A DNA stretch of 63,183 bases, counting the filler, from Octopus bimaculoides (taxonomy: Eukaryota): the NCBI RefSeq assembly GCF_001194135.2. It is 5 parts of 3 records of this genome, joined end to end, with 100 filler letters (N's around TTAATTAATTAA, not from the genome) between each part and the next. Parts side by side here need not be neighbours in the genome. Positions count along the whole stretch, not along the records: positions 1 to 30,215 come from NC_068982.1; 4 more parts are not named here. One strand, given 5' to 3'. Below are positions 12,221 to 22,175 of the stretch, in pieces. The stretch's first letter is position 1, and each line of letters starts with the position of its first letter. The notes beneath the pieces were generated by a model. It saw nothing but the letters and a program-made list of their open reading frames with translations. It was not told the origin of the DNA and ran no database searches. Made by a program: the position numbers and the translations under genes.

Positions 12221-14426
12221 GTTTAAACAAATTTTAGATTGGTTGAAATGTATTTGCGATTTAATTTAACTTCAAATTGCAATTTCACTGCAGTTTACCG
12301 TAGGGATAAAAAGTAAAATGCGTAAATGAACCATTACCAGCTCAATGATTCCTTTCTGTATTGGATCTCTTGATGCATTTCTGACTGGCATACTGTTCTT
12401 AGTCTAGTGTACCAGAGAAGAAACACTGTGTTGATAGACATTTGTAGCTTGTAACGAGTCGATCAATATCAGAAACTGATTTGCGCTCGCAGGCCGCCCA
12501 AACTGTAGCACAAAGCAGTGCAAGTTTCTCTAGAAGTTTGTATACTTGAACCTTTCAAAAGTTTGTTTATTGTCAGTCACTGTTTCACGCCAGTATTTAT
12601 GAATATATTTTTTTTCTTTCTGTGTGCCTGTTTGTGTGTACGTATATGCATGTGCACATAAATACTACTGCTATAGTTCTTAGTTATTTATATGGTTTGG
12701 TTATGAAGACTAACATATTTTGCACTTACAAGCAATGTAAACGTATTTGCTTTAATTAATTTTTTATTCAATATCGCTAAAAACTTCCATCACTATCTTG
12801 TTTATTGAGATTTATAGTCTTTATGTTTATACTTCCACCGAGGGATCATAGTCTTTAATAATCAAGTGAAGTATATTGCAGCTGTACTGAATCATCTGGG
12901 ATTCAATAATAAGGTAACTTTATTCATACAACGTAATTTTCACTTGCATATTTATAGAATGTTAGTGATCCAAAGAAGATTTTATTGAAATAATTTTCAA
13001 ATCCTAAATGAAATTTTATCAGTGAAATATGTGGAGCAGCTTAAAGTAAAGTTAAAGTTTAAAAATTGTGATGGAAAATAATGCTTTTGTTTCTTAATAC
13101 AAATTTGTAGTGAGATAAATCATTAGTTACATTTCTTTTTCATTTTTATAGCAGCAAACTTACTGAAGCCTCAAATATTCGCCTAATAAAATCTCTTAAG
13201 CTGATTAATTGTAAATCCTGAATGATTTGATAAAATAGTTTTTCATTAGACTAAGTATCAACGAGATTATCACATTTGCTGAAAAAAATAATGGTTGTAA
13301 GATACCAAATGTCCGATTTTAGTGGGATGAAGATTTACGTTTGAAAGATACATATTCATGTGTTGTGATAAGAGAGTCAATCGGTTTTAATCTATAACAT
13401 AATGGACGCCATAGTAATCACAATTGCCATATTAAAAACAGGTTAAATAGAATATAATGCCAATGAGTACGGCGTTTTAAAAATTAATGCATCTTTATAG
13501 CTCTTTTGATGTAACCGCTTTCAATTTCGATGATATTAAACTTAAGCGTTTGTTATTATTACCAAAACTTATGATAATAAATGTTATTGATTTTCTTTGA
13601 AATTTAATAACCACCCATTACTATTCACTTTATCTTTGACCTATTTCAGTATTGATAAGCTTGTTTAGTAATATTATGGCAAAGCTATATATGAATAGCA
13701 CAGATATTTGATGGTTATGAGAGTTTGTCTATAAATGTTTTTAATTGGTGATTTACTTGGATACTGGCTTTAAAATAAGCAATAAATAAATAAATGAATA
13801 AAAATCTAACTAACTAAATAAATACATAAAAAGCTAACGAAACGGTCTCAAATATTCAGCGAGGGATTATTTTAGACTTGTTTAGAACTTCAGTATCGAA
13901 TTGACAAATTTGCATGCTGTTAACTATGTGTATCTGATAGTGAAACAGAAAGTTAATATTGATGTTGAAGATTGCGCAGTATTGTATCGTTTTACACTAA
14001 ATATTTCTGTATAAACCGGCACCAGAATCCTTGAAATGAAGAAACTGAAATGGATGACACTGCACTTCAGTGTTAGGGATGCATAACGAAAGGAAAAAGG
14101 TAACTTACAATAACGTTCCAGATTAAACATCTTCTAGTACAAGTACAAATAAAAACTCATCAAGCTTTTTTCCAAACATCACTGGAAAAGTCTTCAAATT
14201 TAGGGAATATTTACCCCATTAATTCTACAAGACAACCCATAAACTATTAGGATTTGGCATCACAGTTTTCCACTGCAGTGCTGTAAACAGCGGAAGTAAG
14301 CTTGAGCGTTAAAACCTGCTGCACATATACAGCAGATTTCAAGATCAATCTCTTCCAAGCAGTTTACTCTACGTTCTTTAGCTTTGTTATTATGGTAACA
14401 GTCCAGATACTTTCTGATCAGAACAC

Positions 14427-14468
<42 letters not shown>

Positions 14469-14474
14469 TTATAC

Positions 14475-14612
14475 ACGAACTTCTTTCAGTTTCCGTCTAA
14501 TAAACCTACTTACAAGGCTTTGGTCGGCCCGTGGTTATTGGAGAAAACACTCGTCGGATTGAGCCCGAAGCAACGTGGTTAGGAAAGAAACCCCTTACCA
14601 CACAGCTAGGTT
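14475..14612 (-). mobile_element. SINE family A 5' half
   Basis: Reverse complement of the family A head and body (TAGCTGTGTGGTAAG..AACCACGTTGCTTCGGGCTCAATCC..CCGACCAAAGCCTTG). Confidence 0.75.
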
Positions 14613-14819
14613 TAGGTAGCAAGTTTGTTACTACAAAGGTAAGCCTGTCTATTTGAAAAATTATAGTTAATTGTTAAAATTCATTGATTCACTAGAGACA
14701 ATGGATATTTAAATATATTCTCCTTTCTAAGTATAATAAGTGGCAATTTTTATTTTTATTTTTGTATATCCATTTCTGGGAATGCATTCATATTTTGAGC
14801 CCAAACTTTTAACCACTCA

Positions 14820-15190
14820 CTGCAGAATCGTTTTCTGCTACCTTAATGCATGATAGGAGCGCAAATAATTACACATACAAACATATATCTATACATTAAC
14901 CTTTCCATTACATACATAAAACATATATAATGTTACGTCCCAAACTACTGCTATCTAGCACCTTCGGATGATCTCTACTTAACCGTTACAAAACTGCTAC
15001 TCGACTGCTACTCAACACTCCTACCACGGCCAGACTACCTCTTTTTATATGTCTTGGGAGATCCTACTTCTTCGCCTGGGGCCGTCGACACAGTATATAA
15101 TGAGAGCAGGAACAGAGAAATATACACAGTGAAGTGAATGTACATCTGTCTATAAACGTGTAAGGTTAATGTAAAAATTAAAATCGTAAC
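14820..15190 (-). mobile_element. Possible solo-LTR-like repeat
   Basis: The minus strand has CATATAAAAAGAGGTAGTC followed by AGTAGCAGTCGAGTAGCAGT repeats, an LTR U3/R-like layout. No internal coding sequence; classification is inferred. Confidence 0.3.
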
Positions 15191-16429
15191 TTGAATATTG
15201 CCCATCAGAAATTTAGGTAATCATACAGTGATTGAATGTACTGATAAACTGCATAATACGGGGAAATGATCAAAAGAGTGTATTAATATATTGAAATTAA
15301 CGAATTAGTTGTGGTAGTATCTCCTTGATTTATAAATATAGATGTTTTTATGTGTGTACATGTGTGTGTAGATGTGTTTGCATTTAAATAGCAACGCGTA
15401 ATTTAAGTTCCCCGTCACCTTTATCTATTTTATTTCTATTCATGTCTCGAAGCTCTTCGTGAAGCAAATACATGTTTGCAAACTTATTTCGTATATTAAG
15501 ATATATTCTGTTCCTGAAGTTGCTGAAGTATTTTTTAGTGTTACGCAAAATGATTGATTACATAATGGAATATACCAATATATACTAATAGAGTACACAC
15601 ACATGCCATCTCTGGTATATATAGTTTGTGCGTGTATTAGTAGAGAATCGTGATAGAGAATACTTATTAAAGTAAACAGAGTTAACTCTATAAAATATTA
15701 GTAAGATAGTAACAAGTTCAGTTTAAAATATAGTGGTTAATGATTAATGTTGGGTGTACGGCCTAGTGTAATCAGGAAAATTATAGAGTAGAAAATCTGA
15801 GACAAAAGACATACTTTTGGAATGTTGTCAAAAAGAGTAATATATGGATGAAAATGGAAAGGAATGAGAGGAAGTGTGTTAAGAGGACAGAACAAAGCGG
15901 CCGAAAAGAATCAGAAAGTGTAGTAAAAATATAGTATCAAAATCATTAGACGAAAGCAGAGAAATAGAATTAATTTGCGTGAAACACATGGGTAGGTCTT
16001 AGTAAGAACTGTATTGAAAATACATATCTTGTTCAGTCTAGCAAATTTCAGCTTAATTCACATATCAATTGCATATTTATTTACGTATATAAAAAATACA
16101 TTATATATATGTATGTATATATAAATGAATGTATGCATATATATATATATATANNNNNNNNNNNNNNNNNNNNNNNNNNNNNNNNNNNNNNNNNNNNNNN
16201 NNNNNNNNNNNNNNNNNNNNNNNNNNNNNNNNNNNNNNNNNNNNNNNNNNNNNNNNNNNNNNNNNNNNNNNNNNNNNNNNNNNNATATTACACACATACA
16301 CACATGCACACACGCACACACACCTCTCACATACACAATATACACATACACACACGCGCACATACAAAATGCACACACACACGTACACGTACCCAACACC
16401 TACAACCCCACACAAACACGAACACACAC

Positions 16430-16850
16430 ATACTAAAAAACCGCCTGTTGACTTTCCACCTAACACTGTCTATAAGCATCCACTAAACATTCCTGCTACT
16501 AATTCCTTCCACCACGTCATACACACACACAGACACACACAAACACACATACATACGCACACACACTCGCAGACTCTCGCGCACGCACAGATATTCATCT
16601 TCCTTTTTCACTCTCCTGTCTTAGAAAGAACTTTTCCCCCACCACCTCCTCTTCCGGTCTTTTCACAATGTAACCTCGTGGGCATCGGTACCATTTTCCT
16701 CTTTCTCCGTTTTTCCATTCTCCGAACTTTCCATCTTTCCGACGAAGGGCTACGCCCGAAACGTCATATAGTCTCTCTTTCCTTTCCCGAGCGTCCAATA
16801 ACACTATCCGTATAACGTCCTCACTTTGTTGTTTTTTTGTTATTGTTTTT
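16430..16850 (+). mobile_element. Penelope-like element 3'/pLTR fragment with variant hammerhead motif
   Basis: CCGACGA-A-GGGC-TAC-GCCC-GAAACGTC at 16739-16765, followed by TTTCCCGAGCGTC, which is shared with 43620-43965. Confidence 0.6.
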
Positions 16851-16861
16851 TGGAACCTACG

Positions 16862-16926
<65 letters not shown>

Positions 16927-17009
16927 AGATAGAGAGTGAGAGAGAGAGCGAGATGTTGATGCATACACATTTATATATATGTCTGTGTGTGTATATGCTT
17001 GCCTATGTG

Positions 17010-17040
<31 letters not shown>

Positions 17041-17964
17041 ATATTAGTTTAAGAATCGCTGTACATATTTTGATGACATGTTAGATGTCATTGACTGAGA
17101 AATAAATCTCATTCTCGCTGTTTCAGTTCAGTGTTGAGGTTTAGTCAAATGTAGAATTAGCAACAAAGTTTTTTTGTTGAATGATGAATATTGGAAGCTA
17201 TGCTATAAGAAGATAAGGGTATCCTCGGTAGCAGATAATGCGTACCAATTGCAACTTTGATTAAATTTTCTGAAGCAATCTCCTATGTATATGCTGCATT
17301 TGGAGGTTTGAGTATTAGGAATAAAGTATATGAGGAAATATAAATATTCGATGTATATAGAACCAGCAACATTTTATAGAAGTACTTAAGAGATTTGTCT
17401 CGCTTTTGATAGTGGGAAGGCTTCCGTTCTCATTGCAACCAGAGATGCAGTTGCTATGTATAGTCTGGGTTTATAAGAGTGTAACTAGTTTTAGTTTAGA
17501 GAGTAAATATGGATGTAATTTGTTTTAGAAAAACTTCATTTTTGAAGATGCAACCTAAATGAATCGTCGGAAATTCCTTACGTTTGTATGATGAGGAATT
17601 CTGGAAATCTCCGCTGAGAACACAATTATTCTGAAATAAAAGTCTTACTCAGCACAAGAACCATTGCTGGTGCAGTTCCCCAATGTTTGTGACCTTAGAA
17701 AAGTGCACAAGAATTCAGTGAAACAAGATTTCATTTCCATTCTTGTTTATACGTGTACATCATCTATAGAATTGAATTTTCCGTGTGTTAAAAATTCTAT
17801 ATGCAATATTCTATATTCTATTAAAATATACTAACATTCTAGTTATATATTAGGCAAATATGGGGTTATTTATAATAGGTCAGTGGCTAAGATACAATTA
17901 ATCTTGTCTACGAAATTTGGTAATATAATTCGCAAGAATTTTCACTTCCAATATTAAGTATTAT

Positions 17965-18635
17965 TAAAGCGAAGAACTGGCAGAAACGATAGCACGCCGG
18001 GCGAAATATTTAGCGGTATTTCGTCTGTTTTTACGTTCTGAGTTCAAATTCAGCCGATGTCGATTTTGACTTGTATCTTTTCAGTGTCGATAAAATAAGA
18101 ACCAGTTGCGTACTTGGGTTGAACTAATCGACTGGCCCTTTCCCCCAAAATTTCGGGCCTCTTGCCTAGAGTCTAAAAGAACATTAAGCATTCCGAACGA
18201 GACGAGCTGGCAGAAACTTTATCACGCCGGTGAATTGCTTAGCCGTTTTTCGTCTGCCGTTACGTTCTGAGTTCAAATTCCGCGGAGGTCAACTTCACCT
18301 TTCATCATTTCGGGGCCGATAAATTAAGTAATTAAGTACCAGTTACGCACTGGGATCGATGTAATTGACTTAATCCCATTGTCTGTCCTTGTTTGTCCTC
18401 TCCATGTTTAGACCCTTGTGGGCAATAAAGAAATAAGAAAATTTAGCACGCCGGACGAAATGCTTAGCGGTATTTCGTCTGTCTTTACGTTCTGAGTTCA
18501 AATTCCAACAAGGTTGACTTTGCTTTTATTGCTTTCGGGGTCGATAAATTAAGTACCAGTTGCGCCCTGGGGTCGATCTAATTGACTGGCCCCCTCACCC
18601 CAAATTTCGGCCCTTGTGCCTAGAGTAGAAAAGAA
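17965..18635 (+). mobile_element. Three tandem family B SINE copies
   Basis: Heads near 17968, 18200 and 18440, each with GTTCTGAGTTCAAATT and CTGGG.TCGA.CTAATCGACT. Confidence 0.85.
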
Positions 18636-20055
18636 TATAAACCATTCCGGATTGCATTTCAAAGAATATTATCTGCTACAAATTGTAGTGTAAGATGTAG
18701 GGTTGTATTCCCTTCTAAGTCAGATTTAGTGTGAAACTATGTGACAAAGGTCGACATTTTAGTAATGCGTATAATTTATCCAAAGTGATTCTTAATTGTG
18801 TCAACCAAACAAACTTCATCCATAAAGTCTGAGAATCATGAGATCTCACAGACGGAAGGAATATAAGCCCACAGGATTATGTTACGAAATTCATAACCTC
18901 ATTGTTATATCTATAGGTAAAATTACCGTGTATGTAATAAAAACTACTAACGCAGTGATGTCTATATCTATTCATATTTGTATGTGTTCACATTCCTACT
19001 TTACCAAATTCTTCAATTTTGACGTAGTTTTCAGATACCTGTAATCTACGTCTTTGAATCTAATTTAATTTAAAGCAGCTACAGAAACATGGGTGCCTTT
19101 TGTTTATCTCACCCCCATTACAAAAATTGCCATTATAAAACTGGGTTATGTCCCCACTAAAAAATCGAGTTAATGTAGCAACAAGAGATTTGATAAAAAC
19201 AAGTTAGATCCTTTTGATTCAATACTTCAACACATTGTTGACGCTTGGCCTTCTCAATAGGCATGGTATAATTCGCTATAAAAATGTTATTAGATTCAAT
19301 ACAATATTTAATTTTTTTCAGTTTTCATATTTATTAATTGTTTCAGTTTTGTAAGATTTGTTATAAGATTATTATCAGATTCAATAAAAACGTTTAATCT
19401 TTTCGCTTTTCATGTTTAATAATTTTTCCTTTTTTTTTTGATTTATTGGGGGTTAAACAATTTTTTTTCGTTAGGGGAGATAGCCTAATTTTTTAACGAG
19501 GGTGAGATAACCAAAAAGTACCCAAAGACGAACACACAAAGACATGCGTTAGCTGAATAGAAATTTACACACATACATTCATATATATAAACATACACAC
19601 ATACATACATGCATACATACATGCATACGTACATATCGACACGCCCACGCAATCATACATACAAGTATACACACACATATATGCATACATGCATACACAC
19701 CGACACGCCCACGCAACCATAGACTCCTTTCGTTCTGTATCAACCTTTTATTAGTTATTTATGATGGCGCAGCTAATGGACGGAACAAAAGGCTGAATCA
19801 ACCCTAAATCCGGAAGCGAATTTCACATTACCTAGGTATTGTTTTAACTGCTGGACAACAGTTTTCGCCTTACCTTGTCATGCGGCTGTCACACGACATT
19901 ACAACCTCCTCAACCAATCAATCTGTAAATTAACTAATAAAAATCGCTGCTACATTCATTCAATAAAAATGAAATGAATTATAAAACAACGGCCGGGTAA
20001 AGATACAGCTCTACACAACATATATTTTTGAAAATCAACACGTGTAACAGGTATA

Positions 20056-20219
20056 TATGTATGAGTGGGTCGCGGTAAGTAGCTTGCTTACGAACCACAT
20101 TGCTCCGGGTTCAGCCCCATTGCGTGGCAACTTGAGCAAGTGTCTTCTACTATAGCCTCGGGCCGACCAAAGCCTTGTGAGTGAATATGGTAGACGGAAA
20201 CTGAAAGAAGCCTTTTGTA

Positions 20220-20258
<39 letters not shown>

Positions 20259-20482
20259 GTGTATGTGTGTGTATATGTTTGTGTGTCTGTGTTTGTCCCC
20301 TAAATATCGATTGAAAACCAATGGTGGCGTGTTTACGTCCCCGTAACTTAGCGGTTCTGCAAAAAAGCCCGATAGAATAAGTACTAGGCTTACAGAGAAT
20401 GAGTCCTGGGGTCGATTTGCGCGACTAAAGGCGGTGCACCAGCACGGCTACGGTCAATTGACTGAAACAAGTAAAAGAGTAA
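20056..20482 (+). mobile_element. Full-length SINE family A with internal (TA)n/(TG)n tract
   Basis: tRNA-like head (GGTAAGTAGCTTGC..CGGGTTCAGCCCC), CTTGAGCAAGTGTCTTCTACTATAGCC body, tail GGCGGTGCACCAGCACGGC..TGACTGAAACAAGTAAAAGAGT. Confidence 0.9.
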
Positions 20483-21372
20483 CCAAAATGAACCTGAATT
20501 TTACAATATTATTTTATTCACCAAGTTTTACATGTTTACACTTGTATGACCTTTAAAATATTCTCCGTTTGACTCTATACATCAGTCCAGTCCCATTTCC
20601 GCCGTTCGAAACAGTCCTGGAACTCCTGCAAAGTGGTGCCTTTCAACACCTCCGTCGTTTTTTATTCACCTCTTCCACATCTGCAACAAGTTTTCCGTTG
20701 AGAACTATTTTACATTCGGGAGAGTAAAAAAAAAAAAAAGGTGCAGGAAACCAGATCGAGTGCGAACGCAGGATCACACATTCAGTCGTAACTGCTTTTG
20801 ATCTTCTGTTAGCAAGCGTGTCTCAAATTTTGCTGCAACTCTTTTCATTCATAATCCCTCGCTCAAAATACGTTGGCAGGAGATCCAGGACACACGAGTC
20901 ATATCAACATGTTCGTTAATTGTTCGGCAACGGTCCACCAAGATCAGTACATGCATTTTCGTTTCTATACGTCCGTGGGGTCGACCTGCGCTGAACAGGT
21001 TGGTCTTCAAGTGACAAGTGACCACTTCTAAAGCGTAAAAAATCATTCGTAAACTTGTGTCTGCTCTTGTCAGCGTCCATGTAAGGTGTTTGAAGCATGA
21101 CAGTTGTTTCCGACGCCGTTTTCACTGTCAGGAAAAATAATTTCACGAAGCACGGTGGTCCTTCGTTTCTGCCATCGAAAAAATCGACGAACAGAGGAGA
21201 AGAACTTACAAAACAAGGATGCCGCACGTGGAAGTATGACTCCAGTGAACGACGCTGGTTGGTGGCTGATACCAGAGGGTTACATCAAGTGAATTCTAGC
21301 GGCTGAAGCCTGCAATTCAACGGGCTTGTATCACAGAGAATGTTCCCGGTCACTTTTGGGTACCTTCTCGTA
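20481..21372 (-). mobile_element. Internally deleted non-autonomous mariner (HTH region joined to C-terminus)
   Basis: KLFFLTVKTASETTVMLQT..RFRSGHLSLEDQP..CQRILSE..MKRVAAKF..LLTEDQKQLRLNV is joined directly to an SPDLAP-like segment and ADVEEV. Right TIR TACGAGAAGGTACCCAAAAGTGACCGGGAA; partial left TIR. Confidence 0.8.
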
Positions 21373-21467
21373 TATATATATATATATATATNNNNNNNNN
21401 NNNNNNNNNNNNNNNNNNNNNNNNNNNNNNNNNNNNNNNNNNNNNNNNNNNNNNNNNNNNNNNNNNN

Positions 21468-21515
<48 letters not shown>

Positions 21516-21810
21516 AGTAGGGAGTAATTTAAAAACATTTACGAACGATATATTATAAATATATTATAACTAATTGCCCAAACATGTTATCATAAGATAT
21601 AAAGAAGAAAAAGCGTTTATAATTATGAACAAGTCACAATTATAACTGCTTTATCTAAGAGGGTTAAAAAAAACCTTACATGTTAAAAATCGCAGCCAAA
21701 ACCGCTATAAAGCCATTATATCACTCATATTATTTCTCCTTGCGATAAAAAAAAAACTGTCTTCGGGCAACAAGGCAAATAGAATCCACAACTTCAAAAT
21801 AATTGGTTAA

Positions 21811-21872
21811 TTCCCTATTGCAATTTCGGCGTTTGAAACCACTAAAGGGACACCTTCGCCTCGTCAGAGGAA
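21811..21872 (-). ncRNA. Minimal type I hammerhead ribozyme with intact catalytic core
   Basis: Minus strand TTCCT-CTGACGA-GGCG-[25 nt]-CGCC-GAAA-TTGCAA-TA-GGGAA. Core CUGANGA/GAAA is present, stem I is 5 bp, stem II is 4 bp, stem III is the palindrome ATTGCAAT, and the cleavage triplet is AUA. Activity not tested. Confidence 0.75.
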
Positions 21873-22140
21873 ATATTCATATAGACAGAAATCAAAACAA
21901 AACTTTACCTTGGGGGTAGCATGAATCCCAACCGGCAGTAGAAATGTTTTCACTTCTATCTACACAATCAAATTTTGAATTCAAATATCATGCACAGCGT
22001 TGGTGTAAAAAGACCGGTAATCTCGGGCCACCGCAAAATAACCAGATATGAGTTAGCAAAACTGCAATTAGTAGAGCGTAATGTAAAAAACATTACGAAG
22101 GATATATTATAAATGTGTGTGCCTGTTTAAGTAATATAAA

Positions 22141-22175
<35 letters not shown>

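Noticed and set aside
17965-18635. CRISPR-like repeat array
   Set aside because: The units are SINE copies of about 200 bp in a eukaryotic context, not short repeats with unique spacers. No cas genes.
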